A stretch of 59,682 nucleotides of DNA from Promethearchaeota archaeon (GCA_030667705.1 DAOUVJ010000003.1:1-59682); one strand, 5' to 3'; positions 48,981 to 59,182 are shown, counted from the first letter of the stretch. Notes: generated by a model not told the origin, from the sequence alone. Numbers and translations: made by a program.

Positions 48981-49127
48981 CAACTTAGTAATAATATACT
49001 TAATAATGATATAGATGGGGCAATGAGACTTCAAGAATGGCTTTTTAGAAGATTTATTGGCTCAGAAGATAATCATGAGAGAATTGATGAACTTATAGAA
49101 AGCTTGAAGAAAAGAAAAAAAAAATAG
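48981..49127 (+). pseudogene. C-terminal remnant of a crotonase-family gene
   Basis: QLSNNILNNDIDGAMRLQEWLFRRFIGSEDNHERIDELIESLKKRKKK* resembles the enoyl-CoA hydratase C-terminal helices. It begins at a poly-A tract. Confidence 0.5.
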
Positions 49128-49135
49128 TTGTTTTT

Positions 49136-49702
49136 TTATTTTTCCTTTGTTTTATTATTGAATATTATTGATGGTTGATATTTATCTTTAAACTCGAAAC
49201 CTATTGCCTCCTTTGAAAATCCGTATTTTTTCTGAAGTTCTTCGATTGGGGCGATATCTAAGGCATACATGGGACACGCTTCTACACAAATAGGATTTTT
49301 TCCCTCGTCTATTCGATCCACACATAGATTGCATTTTTGCATCTTTGCTTCTTTGTGGTTTTCAAATTGTGGGACATCCCATGGACAAACTTTCAAGCAT
49401 TTTGCTCCACATTCCTCATATCCCAAACATTTTTCACTATCCACAATAACAATTCCATCACGTTCTCTTTTTATTATGGCTTTTGTAGGACAAGCGAGTA
49501 AACAAGGAGGGTTCTTGCAATGGTTACATGCGATTGGAAGATAAGATAGGGTGAGATTGGGGAATTTACCTTCCTCGATTTGAGTGATTCTCATCCAATT
49601 AACTGAAGCTGCCGTAATATCGTGCCAATCCTTACACGCAACTGAGCATGTAAAACATCCAATGCATCTAGATTGATCAATGTAAAACCCGATTTGTGTC
49701 AT
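49136..49702 (-). CDS. DmsB-like four-cluster iron-sulfur subunit
   Basis: CIGCFTCSVACK, CNHCKNPPCLLACP, CLGYEECGAKCLKVCP, KCNLC...CVEACP. Confidence 0.92.
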   Translation of the reverse strand: MTQIGFYIDQSRCIGCFTCSVACKDWHDITAASVNWMRITQIEEGKFPNLTLSYLPIACNHCKNPPCLLACPTKAIIKRERDGIVIVDSEKCLGYEECGAKCLKVCPWDVPQFENHKEAKMQKCNLCVDRIDEGKNPICVEACPMYALDIAPIEELQKKYGFSKEAIGFEFKDKYQPSIIFNNKTKEK

Positions 49703-51987
49703 TTGTTAGCATCCTCCCTTTTTTTTGAGTGTAATTCGACTTGAACCAAAGAACTATTCATTGGAAATGCTCCACCTGGAGAATAACCATCATTTGTTAG
49801 TACATTTGCACATCCACCCCGATCCACACCGTTCTCGGTAGGATTATACCAAGCTCCTTGATAAACACAAATAACCCCCGGCATGATTCTTTCTGTTACT
49901 TTAGCAGGAATTCGAATTCTACCTCTATCGTTGAAAACATCAATGAGGTCTCCATTATTTATCTCCCTTGAAGTTGCATCTACAGTACTAATCCATGCTT
50001 CATGAGCCTCTACTTCTTCCAACCAAGGCATGTTCAAGCTTGAATGAGTCCTCCGTTTATTATGAGGCGTAATAAGTTGTAAAGGATATTTTGATGTTTT
50101 AGGCGAATCATAATTCTCATCGTGAGATAAATATTTTGGTATTGGAGGTATCAATGGATTTTCCATCTCAGCAAGAGCCTCACAATAGATTTCGATTTTA
50201 CCAGATGAGGTGGGGAATTCATATTTTTCTGGATCCTCTACTTGTTTTTTAAAAGCTATGAAAGGTTCGTCGACTTTTACTTTATAATAGCCATCTCTCT
50301 TCATTTTATTAAAATTTTTAATATCTTTACGAGGAGCAGCAAGCATTTTTAGGATTTGTTCTTCTTCCATATCCAATAATCCTCCTTTAATACCTAATCT
50401 TTTTGCTAATTCCTTACTAATCTCTAGATCTGATTTAGATTCGTAAAGAGGCTCAATCGCTTTATTTAGATAAAGATAATAAGGCGAACCTAGCCATGGG
50501 ACGGCTATATCATTTCTTTCCATGAATGTATTCACAGGTAGAACTATATCAGCGAATTTAGCGGTTGGAGTCATGAACTGATCTTGGACGATGACAAAAT
50601 CTAATGCCTTTAAAGCCTTGATTCCCTTATTAAGATTGCCATATTGATTAAGTCTATTACTTGCGACTATATATGCTAATTTAATATCTGCCGGAAAACC
50701 ACCCTCACGGCCTTGTAAAATTGCATCATAATAATCATTGTAATGTATTCTTGTTTTAGCGGGATTCGTACCTCCGCGGAGTTTAAATAAGGTATTTTTT
50801 CGAGGAAGTGCATTAAAATCTACGGGATTATCTTGTGGTCTTAATTTTTTTATTTTAGGTTTTTCGATTTTAGCACCATCGGCATGTTCTTGCTTCTTTT
50901 TGCCTGGTATTATTGTTTCTCTACTATAATATGCTCTCATAAATCCTGAAGCATAACCTCCATTAATTCCAATATTTCCAGTGATTGCTGTAAGAACGGC
51001 AGCTGCACGAGCGAATTGTTCACCAAACATTGTTCTAGCGGGTCCCCAACCTGCAATAAGGGCAGCAGGTTTTTTAGTTGCATATTCCCTCGCTAGATTT
51101 TCAATTAATTTTGAAGGGACATTGGTAATGCTTTCTGCCCATTGAGGTGTCTTTTCCACTCCATCTTCTTTACCCATAACATAAGATTCATACTCATCAA
51201 ACCCAATTGTATATTTTTCAATGAAATCTCTATCAAGAAGATTTTCTTTAATAATTACATACGCCATTGCTATCAACATGGCTGTATCTGTATTAGGACG
51301 GATTGGTATCCATTCACTTGCTAAAACTGCGGCTGAATCCGTAAATATAGGATCAACTGCTACTATCTTGACTCCTTTTTCTCTAGCTTTTGATAATATG
51401 AGAGGTGTTCCGGGATCCCAAATGGTACTTGCTGGATTCCAACCCCACATTATGATGAGTTTAGAGTTTAAAAGATCTTCTCTAGAGTTTCCAGACATGA
51501 TTGTACCATAAGTAGCCATTGAAGCAAATAAAGCACCTTCATATGAAGGAGCACCCCACATTCTGGTATATCCTCCAAATTGGTTTAACATTAAACCCAC
51601 AGAAGTCACTCCATGGAGCATTCCTTGATTTCCAGAACCCGCTACAAAAAGAATAGAGGAGTTATCATATTTCTCTTTAATTAATTTAAGTTTTTCAGCA
51701 ACGGAATCTAACGCTTCTTCCCATGAAATACGTTCAAACTTACCTTCTCCGCGTTCTCCAGTACGGCGCATGGGATACTTAAGTCTATCATCTGAATAGA
51801 CTCGTTGACGGTATGCTCTCCCTCTCAAACATGCTCTTAATTGTGGTTCTTCATCATGATCAGTTTCAAATCTAATTATCCTGCCATTTTTAACATGTGC
51901 TTTTAAAACACAGCGCCCACCACAATCATGGCAACAAGCTGTATTAATAATTTTAGTTTCATTATTATTTATATTCTCTTCAGTCAT
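49699..51987 (-). CDS. Mo-bisPGD oxidoreductase catalytic subunit, DmsA/YnfE-like, lacking Tat signal
   Basis: CCHDCGGRC, LRACLRGR, RLKYPMRRTGERGEGKFERISWEEA, PIRPNTD, MTPTAKFADIVLP, YQGAWY...DRGGCANVLT. Confidence 0.92.
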   Translation of the reverse strand: MTEENINNNETKIINTACCHDCGGRCVLKAHVKNGRIIRFETDHDEEPQLRACLRGRAYRQRVYSDDRLKYPMRRTGERGEGKFERISWEEALDSVAEKLKLIKEKYDNSSILFVAGSGNQGMLHGVTSVGLMLNQFGGYTRMWGAPSYEGALFASMATYGTIMSGNSREDLLNSKLIIMWGWNPASTIWDPGTPLILSKAREKGVKIVAVDPIFTDSAAVLASEWIPIRPNTDTAMLIAMAYVIIKENLLDRDFIEKYTIGFDEYESYVMGKEDGVEKTPQWAESITNVPSKLIENLAREYATKKPAALIAGWGPARTMFGEQFARAAAVLTAITGNIGINGGYASGFMRAYYSRETIIPGKKKQEHADGAKIEKPKIKKLRPQDNPVDFNALPRKNTLFKLRGGTNPAKTRIHYNDYYDAILQGREGGFPADIKLAYIVASNRLNQYGNLNKGIKALKALDFVIVQDQFMTPTAKFADIVLPVNTFMERNDIAVPWLGSPYYLYLNKAIEPLYESKSDLEISKELAKRLGIKGGLLDMEEEQILKMLAAPRKDIKNFNKMKRDGYYKVKVDEPFIAFKKQVEDPEKYEFPTSSGKIEIYCEALAEMENPLIPPIPKYLSHDENYDSPKTSKYPLQLITPHNKRRTHSSLNMPWLEEVEAHEAWISTVDATSREINNGDLIDVFNDRGRIRIPAKVTERIMPGVICVYQGAWYNPTENGVDRGGCANVLTNDGYSPGGAFPMNSSLVQVELHSKKREDANK

Positions 51988-52035
51988 ATTCGGTTCATCA
52001 AATGTGTTTTTATTAAGATTCTACTCACAAAATCT

Positions 52036-52860
52036 TTATCGTCCTTGGAAAACAGGTTTCCTCTTCTCAAAAAATGCTGTTATTCCTTCACTAACATCTT
52101 TAGATTGTGAGTTAATTCCATACCCAAACTGTTCGAATTGAAGCCCAACATTTAATGGCACTTGGGAACCATACTGAACGCATTTCTTAATGACAAACAA
52201 ACTATTTGTAGCCGCATTCCCTAACCAACTAGCTTTCTCGTGAACAGTATCTTCAAATTCCTCTTCAGAAACTAGAAAAGCAACAAATCCAAAATCATTC
52301 ATCTGTTTAGCAGTATAATGCTCACCAAAAAACATCATTTTTTTAACTTGCATCAATCCTAAACTTCTTACTAAGCGTTGGGTTCCACCATTTGCTGGAA
52401 AAATACCTCTATTGACTTCTGGTAATCCAAAAACAGAACGATTAGTAGCTATTACGATATCACAGACTAATACTAACTCCAATCCACCACCTAAGGCGAA
52501 ACCATCAACTGCGGCTATAATTGGTTTGTGAAAAGCTTCTATCAAATTGTAATATTTATGCTTAACATGCATGGCATGGGTTCGATGTCTAGGGTTTTTT
52601 GGATCCATATTTGGAAGTGGAGCTGATGATAAATCTGCACCAGCTGAAAATGCCGGTTTTTTTGTAAAGTCTTTTGTTCCTCTAATGACAACACACCTTA
52701 TATTGTCATTCATTTCCATGGGCTCAAGAGCTTCAGCAATTTCTTTCAATGTATGCGTTTGAAGTGCATTTAATTTATCTGGCCTGTTAATTGAGATTAC
52801 AGCGTAATTCCCATCTTCTCTCATTTCTACTTTTAAATGTTCAAATTCTTTTCCATTCAT
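52036..52860 (-). CDS. Enoyl-CoA hydratase (crotonase)
   Basis: INRPDKLNAL, AFSAGADL, GFALGGGLEL, GLPE...GGTQRL, with both catalytic Glu present. Confidence 0.92.
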   Translation of the reverse strand: MNGKEFEHLKVEMREDGNYAVISINRPDKLNALQTHTLKEIAEALEPMEMNDNIRCVVIRGTKDFTKKPAFSAGADLSSAPLPNMDPKNPRHRTHAMHVKHKYYNLIEAFHKPIIAAVDGFALGGGLELVLVCDIVIATNRSVFGLPEVNRGIFPANGGTQRLVRSLGLMQVKKMMFFGEHYTAKQMNDFGFVAFLVSEEEFEDTVHEKASWLGNAATNSLFVIKKCVQYGSQVPLNVGLQFEQFGYGINSQSKDVSEGITAFFEKRKPVFQGR

Positions 52861-53077
52861 TAGAATACCTTCTTTAAATCATATTAATTATTGATAGATT
52901 TTCCTTCATTACTAATAAATTTTTATTAATCCTTTAAAAATCGAAATTAAGAGAAGAAGAGAATTATATTTATCATTACTTGTCATAGTTTTTCAACACA
53001 AAAAACTATATATTTTGTTATTGTTAATTAAAATTAATTTTAATAATAAATAAGAAAATCAAACAAGGAGAAAACGA

Positions 53078-54556
53078 ATGTTGAGAACAAAAGAAGAATA
53101 TATGAAAGCCTTAAGCAAAATGAAAAAAAATATCTATTTTGATGGGGAAAAAATTGATCGTTTGGATGAACGGCAAATACCATGCATCAATACAATTGGA
53201 ACTACATATGATTTGGCTGAAGATCCGGAATATAAGGATTTAATGCTTGTAAAATCTCATCTTAGTGGTGAAATTATAAATAGATTTACACATATTCATC
53301 AAAGTACTGAAGATCTTCATAAAAAGCAAGATATGACACGAAAACTCTGTCAGAAAGTTGGTGGATGTATTCAACGCTGTATGGGTTGTGATGCAGCAAA
53401 TGCAATCTATAATGTGAGCTATGAAGCGGATAAAGTAAATAAAGGAGAAACTAATTATCACGAGAACTTTAAAAAATGGTTGGAACGGTTTCAGAAGGAA
53501 GATTTAATTGCAGCTTGTGCTCAAACCGATGTTAAAGGTGATCGGATAAAACGTCCCGCAGATCAAGCTGATCCAGATATGTATGTTCATGTTGTAGAAA
53601 AAAGAAATGATGGTATTATAGTTCGCGGATGTAAGGTTCACATTTCTGAAGCTTCAGTTTCTGATGAAATATTAGTTGTTCCTACAAGGGCTTTAAGAGA
53701 AGTAGATAAAGACTATGCAGTTGCATTTGCTGTACCTGCAGATCATGAGAGGGTTATACAATCAGTTACCATTCATAATCTTCGAAAGAGGGAAAAATTT
53801 GAACGTGGATTCATGGGCGGCGCTACAGATTCATATATCATTTTTGATGATGTATTTGTTCCATGGGAACGAGTCTTTTTATGTGGCGAATATCAACATG
53901 GTGGCGTTCTTGCCTTATTATTTGGTCTATTTCATCGTCATAGTTATTCCGGGTGTAAGCCTGCCATCGGAGATTTAACTGTAGGTACAGCCGCTTTAGC
54001 AGCAGAATATAATAATATTCAGAGAGCCTCTCATGTAAGGGGTAAATTAGCTGAATTAATCATGATTACAGAACTGGGCTATGCTGCGGGATATACTGCA
54101 TCTGATCTCGGTAAACCTGAAGTATACATGCCTGGTATAGGCTTTATACCCTATGGCCCTGGAAGCTATATTCCAAATTCAATTTATTGTAATGTAGGAA
54201 GATGTTTAACTGGAGAAAGTGTATATCGAGAAGCAGAAATAATATGTGATCTCTCAGGTGGAATGCCAGCAACGTTCCCTCATGAAAAAGACTTCTTAAA
54301 TCCAGATCTTAAGGATCATCTTTATAAATACATAACTAGAAATCAAAAGATCGCACCTGAAAATGCAGCACAATTCTGGAGATATGTTGGAGATGTGCTT
54401 TGTTCCGCATCAGGAGGGATTGGTCAAGTTGGAGGTTATCATGGCGGAGGTTCCCCCGTAATGGAGCAAATCGCTATTACATCTCAATATGATATAGAAT
54501 TCAGAAAAAAATTGATAAAAGATATTGCTGGAATTAATGATGGATTGAATAAATAA
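53078..54556 (+). CDS. 4-hydroxybutyryl-CoA dehydratase / HpaB family protein (divergent paralogue 2)
   Basis: GGCIQRCMG, QTDVKGDR, FDDVFVPWERVF, HRHSYSGCK, HGGGSP. Confidence 0.88.
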   Translation: MLRTKEEYMKALSKMKKNIYFDGEKIDRLDERQIPCINTIGTTYDLAEDPEYKDLMLVKSHLSGEIINRFTHIHQSTEDLHKKQDMTRKLCQKVGGCIQRCMGCDAANAIYNVSYEADKVNKGETNYHENFKKWLERFQKEDLIAACAQTDVKGDRIKRPADQADPDMYVHVVEKRNDGIIVRGCKVHISEASVSDEILVVPTRALREVDKDYAVAFAVPADHERVIQSVTIHNLRKREKFERGFMGGATDSYIIFDDVFVPWERVFLCGEYQHGGVLALLFGLFHRHSYSGCKPAIGDLTVGTAALAAEYNNIQRASHVRGKLAELIMITELGYAAGYTASDLGKPEVYMPGIGFIPYGPGSYIPNSIYCNVGRCLTGESVYREAEIICDLSGGMPATFPHEKDFLNPDLKDHLYKYITRNQKIAPENAAQFWRYVGDVLCSASGGIGQVGGYHGGGSPVMEQIAITSQYDIEFRKKLIKDIAGINDGLNK

Positions 54557-54703
54557 GGATTTCTACATTTAATACTATTTTTTCCCTTCTATTTTATTTT
54601 TTTGAGCTATGCTACGAGAATTTATCTTGTTAATAAATAAGCTTAAAAAAAGTTATTTGTTATCTATATGTTAAGAATATAACCAAATATAAGTTAATTT
54701 TTA

Positions 54704-55840
54704 TTGATGTTATACAAGAAAGAAAGACCCGCTATTTTAATGTTTAAAGATGGCCGTTACTTCGAAGGGATCGGATTTGGAGCGACGAAAAAAGTACATG
54801 GTGAAATAGTATTCACGACGATTACTGGTGCTGGGTACAATGAAACTTTAACAGATCCCTCATATAATGGTCAAATTGTCGTCATGACACACCCCTTAGT
54901 AGGAAATTATGGAGTTCCTGCTTGGGAAAAGGATGAATCAGGCATTCTCAAGTATTTTGAATCTGATTCAATAAAAGTGAGAGGATTTGTAATTAATGAA
55001 TGTTGCAAGAATCCGAGTCATTATGAGAGTGTAAAAACTCTAAATGAATTCCTTTTAGAAGAAAATGTCCCTGGGATAGAATGGATTGATACTCGTGCTA
55101 TAACCAAGATTTTAAGAGATGAAGGAGTGAAGTTAGGGTTATTAGCAGTTCTAAACCCTGGTGAAATCCCAAATATTGAGGAATTACGGGAGGAAGTAAA
55201 ACAAGTAGAAGATCCGAACTTAAGACTTTTATCCCGTGAAGTATCAACCCAAGAAGTTATTCATTATAAGCCTTTTCATGCAAAAGGCAGGGTTGTTGTT
55301 TTAGATATGGGTGTGAAATTAAATATCTTAAGGAATTTCATATGTCGTGATATAGAAGTAGTTGTCGTCCCTCATGATTATACGTACGAACAAATCATGT
55401 TATTAAACCCAAATGGAGTCTTCATTTCTAATGGTCCTGGAGATCCTTCAGTGTATCTAAGCGCTATAGAAGTTACTCGCAACTTAATAAAAAATAACAT
55501 GCCAACAATGGGGATTTGTTTAGGAAATCAAATAATTGGTTTAGCTGCGGGGGGGTCTTCATATAAATTAAAATACGGCCATCGAGGAGGTAATAAAACT
55601 GTTATAAATCCCTATACTAAAAGATGTTTTATAACTTCTCAAAACCACGGTTTTTGCGTTAAAGATTTTGAACAAGGTGGTTTTAAAGAATTTTTGAAAA
55701 ATATAGATGATGATTCAAATGAAGGAATAATGCATAATCAAAAACAAATAATTGCAGTACAATTCCATCCTGAAGCATCACCTGGTCCACTTGATTCTCT
55801 CTATTTATTTGATAAATTTATAGAAATGATGAGTTTATAA
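54704..55840 (+). CDS. carA: Carbamoyl-phosphate synthase small (glutaminase) subunit
   Basis: GEIVFTT, LTDPSY.GQI, SNGPGDP, GICLGNQ, SQNHGF, QFHPEASPGP. Confidence 0.97.
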   Translation: MMLYKKERPAILMFKDGRYFEGIGFGATKKVHGEIVFTTITGAGYNETLTDPSYNGQIVVMTHPLVGNYGVPAWEKDESGILKYFESDSIKVRGFVINECCKNPSHYESVKTLNEFLLEENVPGIEWIDTRAITKILRDEGVKLGLLAVLNPGEIPNIEELREEVKQVEDPNLRLLSREVSTQEVIHYKPFHAKGRVVVLDMGVKLNILRNFICRDIEVVVVPHDYTYEQIMLLNPNGVFISNGPGDPSVYLSAIEVTRNLIKNNMPTMGICLGNQIIGLAAGGSSYKLKYGHRGGNKTVINPYTKRCFITSQNHGFCVKDFEQGGFKEFLKNIDDDSNEGIMHNQKQIIAVQFHPEASPGPLDSLYLFDKFIEMMSL

Positions 55841-55843
55841 AAA

Positions 55844-58800
55844 ATGCCGTTAGATACAACAATTAAAAAAGCACTAATATTAGGTTCAGGGGGAATTCGA
55901 ATTGGACAAGCGGGAGAATTTGATTATTCCGGAAGTCAAGTTCTAAAAGCATTAAAAGAAGAAGGTATAGAAACGATATTAATTAATCCAAACATAGCAA
56001 CAATTCAAACTGACCCGGAATTATCAGATAAGGTTTACTTATTACCCGTAAATGTAAAATATGTTGAGGAAGTAATAAAAAAAGAGAAACCAGATGGTAT
56101 TTTACTGGCATTTGGAGGTCAAACCGCTCTAAACGTCGGTGTGGAGTTAAAAGAACTTGGTATTCTGGAAAAGTATAATATAAGAGTCCTTGGAACCCCT
56201 ATAGAGGCAATTGAGGTCACTGAAGATCGAGAATTATTTGTAATAGCCATGAATAAGGCAAACGCTAAAGTTTGTCGAAGTAAAGCTGTAACATCGTATA
56301 AAGAGGCATTAAAAGTAGTTAATAATTTTGGCTTTCCATTAATGCTTCGAGTAGCTTACACGCTAGGTGGGAGGGGTTCTGGAATCATAGATAATATGAA
56401 AGATTTTGAACGGATGGCAAAAAAAGGGCTCGCTCAATCCAGAATTCATCAAATCCTAATTGAAGAATCGATATGGGGTTGGAAAGAAATCGAGTATGAA
56501 GTAGTAAGAGATTCTGCCGATAATTGCTTCATAAATTGTAACATGGAAAATTTTGACCCCGTTGGAATTCATACCGGGGAAAGCATTGTAGTTGCACCGT
56601 CTCAAACGCTCACTAATGATGAATATCACATGTTACGATCCGCGTCGATCCGCGTCATAAGGGGTCTTGGGATTATCGGTGAATGCAATATTCAATACGC
56701 ATTAAATCCTTTTTCGAAAGAATTTCGAGTGATTGAAGTTAATGCACGCCTTTCAAGATCATCAGCATTAGCCTCAAAAGCTACTGGATACCCATTGGCA
56801 TACATAGCTGCCAAATTAGCAATAGGATATACTTTACCAGAACTCAAAAATAAAATAACGGGTATAACAACAGCCTGCTTTGAGCCCGCATTAGATTATT
56901 TGGTTCTAAAAATCCCCCGTTGGGATTTGACTAAATTTCAAAAAGTTGACAGACGCATAGGAAGTCAGATGAAATCAGTTGGAGAAGTAATGGCAATAGG
57001 AAGAACGTTTGAAGAAGTTCTCCAAAAAGCAGTAAGAATGTTAGATATCGGTATGAAAGGATTAGTAGCTAATAATTTAGAAGATATTGAAGATATAAAC
57101 GAGTTAAAATATGCGTTAAGAAACCCAACTGACTTAAGGCTCTTAAGAATTGCTGAGGCAATTAAAAAAGGCATATCAATTGATGAAATATATCGTTTAT
57201 CAAGAGTAGATAAATGGTTCCTATATAAACTCAAAAATATCGTAGATCTCCAAAGACAATTACAAGATATACAATTGCTTGAAACCGATGATAGTGAGAA
57301 GAAATATTGGTTGAAAAGAGCAAAAAGATTTGGTTTCTCAGATGGGCAGATCGGTAAAATCATGTCCGTAGATACGATTTTTATCAGGCAAATGCGTAGA
57401 AGATTAAATATTCATCCTTTTGTAAAACGAATTGATACATTAGCAGCGGAATGGCCAGCTATCACGAATTATTTATACTTAACATATAGTGCTTCTGAAC
57501 ATGATATCGATTTTGAAAACGAAAAAATGAGAAATCTTAAAAAAGTTATAGTTTTAGGTTCGGGGACCTACCGAATTGGGGCTTCCGTAGAATTTGACTG
57601 GGGTTCTGTAAATTGTTTGTTAGGGCTGAAAAAATTAGGTATCGATCAAGCAATCATGATTAACTATAATCCAGAAACTGTTAGTACAGACTATGATATT
57701 TCAGATAAACTATATTTTGAAGAGTTATCTGGTGAACGAGTGTTAGATATATGTGAACTAGAACAAGCTTACGGTATAGTAGTGTCGGCCGGTGGTCAAA
57801 TAGCACAAAATTTAGCATCAAAATTCTCAAAGTATTCAGAAATTTTTCGTAAAACTGGTATTAATATCTTAGGAACTCATGGAACGAGAATAGATATGGC
57901 AGAAGATCGCGCAAAGTTTAGCGCTCTCCTTGATCAACTCAATATAGATCAACCTCAATGGAAAATGCTTACTACACCTGAGGAAGCTTTATCATTCGCC
58001 CAATTAGTAGGTTATCCCGTGCTTGTGAGACCTTCATACGTGTTAAGTGGAGCTGCAATGCGCGTTTCATACGATGAAAAAACTCTACGAGATACTTTAG
58101 ATTTAGCGGCTGCAGTCTCCAAGGATTATCCCGTAGTAATCACTAAATTCTTTACAAATGCTCGCGAAGTTGAATGCGATGGTGTATGTGATGGTGAAAA
58201 CGTTTTAATTGGTGCAATTGTTGAACACATCGAGAATGCAGGAGTTCATTCTGGTGATGCTAACATGGCTATACCGCCTCAAACGGTTTCAGATGAAAAT
58301 ATACAAAAAATTGAAGAATATACAAGAAAAATTGCTCTCGCTTTAAAAATAAGAGGACCATTTAATGTTCAATATCTCGTAAAAGATCATGAAGTATCGG
58401 TAATTGAATGCAATTTAAGATCTAGTAGGAGCATGCCTTATGTTTCGAAAACGAGAGGAATTAATCTCATGAGATTAGCTGCCGAAGTAATAATGGGTAA
58501 CAAAATCCCAGTGAGATTAATGGATCTTCCTTATGGCAATTATGTATCAGTTAAGACCCCAATGTTCTCGTTTGTGAGATTAGATAAAGCAGATCCTATC
58601 TTAGGCGTTGAAATGGCAAGTACAGGAGAAGTTGCTTGCATTGATGCCGATTTCCCCGGAGCTTTAATGAAATCATTAGAAGCTTCTGAGTTGAACATAC
58701 CAGTTAATGGGGGAAATGTCTTAATTTCGGTAGGTGGTGATGAATTAAAGAATCAGGTAATACCTCTTGCCCAAAAATTGAAGGAATTAGAATTCACAAT

Positions 58801-59155
58801 TTTTGCTACTAAAGATACCAAAAAAGCTCTGAATGAAAATGGAATAGAAGCTGTTCGACTCTATAAAGTACATGAACATGGAATGGAACCAAATATCATG
58901 CAATGTTTACAAGAGGGACACATAGATATGGTAATTAACATTCCACTGCCAACTACTATCAAAGAGAAGTTTAAACAGATAATGGAGGATGAATATCAAA
59001 TAAGAAGAATGGCAGTAGATTATAATATTCCTGTAATAATTAATTTACAGCTAGCAAAAGCCGTTATCGACGCTATAAAAAACATGCGTGAAAAGAAAAT
59101 TGAAATAAAGTCGCTTAATGAGTATCATGAAACGCTAAAAGAAGTATATTGGTAA
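55844..59155 (+). CDS. carB: Carbamoyl-phosphate synthase large subunit
   Basis: IGQAGEFDYSG, HTGES, EVNARLSRSSALASKATGYP, NYNPETVSTDYD, RPSYVLSG, GVHSGDA and a C-terminal MGS domain. Confidence 0.97.
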   Translation: MPLDTTIKKALILGSGGIRIGQAGEFDYSGSQVLKALKEEGIETILINPNIATIQTDPELSDKVYLLPVNVKYVEEVIKKEKPDGILLAFGGQTALNVGVELKELGILEKYNIRVLGTPIEAIEVTEDRELFVIAMNKANAKVCRSKAVTSYKEALKVVNNFGFPLMLRVAYTLGGRGSGIIDNMKDFERMAKKGLAQSRIHQILIEESIWGWKEIEYEVVRDSADNCFINCNMENFDPVGIHTGESIVVAPSQTLTNDEYHMLRSASIRVIRGLGIIGECNIQYALNPFSKEFRVIEVNARLSRSSALASKATGYPLAYIAAKLAIGYTLPELKNKITGITTACFEPALDYLVLKIPRWDLTKFQKVDRRIGSQMKSVGEVMAIGRTFEEVLQKAVRMLDIGMKGLVANNLEDIEDINELKYALRNPTDLRLLRIAEAIKKGISIDEIYRLSRVDKWFLYKLKNIVDLQRQLQDIQLLETDDSEKKYWLKRAKRFGFSDGQIGKIMSVDTIFIRQMRRRLNIHPFVKRIDTLAAEWPAITNYLYLTYSASEHDIDFENEKMRNLKKVIVLGSGTYRIGASVEFDWGSVNCLLGLKKLGIDQAIMINYNPETVSTDYDISDKLYFEELSGERVLDICELEQAYGIVVSAGGQIAQNLASKFSKYSEIFRKTGINILGTHGTRIDMAEDRAKFSALLDQLNIDQPQWKMLTTPEEALSFAQLVGYPVLVRPSYVLSGAAMRVSYDEKTLRDTLDLAAAVSKDYPVVITKFFTNAREVECDGVCDGENVLIGAIVEHIENAGVHSGDANMAIPPQTVSDENIQKIEEYTRKIALALKIRGPFNVQYLVKDHEVSVIECNLRSSRSMPYVSKTRGINLMRLAAEVIMGNKIPVRLMDLPYGNYVSVKTPMFSFVRLDKADPILGVEMASTGEVACIDADFPGALMKSLEASELNIPVNGGNVLISVGGDELKNQVIPLAQKLKELEFTIFATKDTKKALNENGIEAVRLYKVHEHGMEPNIMQCLQEGHIDMVINIPLPTTIKEKFKQIMEDEYQIRRMAVDYNIPVIINLQLAKAVIDAIKNMREKKIEIKSLNEYHETLKEVYW

Positions 59156-59182
59156 AATAAAAAAATCTAATTATTTTAATCG

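Noticed and set aside
37557-54556. AbfD genes as evidence of an autotrophic HP/HB or DC/HB carbon-fixation cycle
   Set aside because: No carboxylases or other cycle enzymes are in the window, the context is catabolic, and the canonical copy is interrupted.
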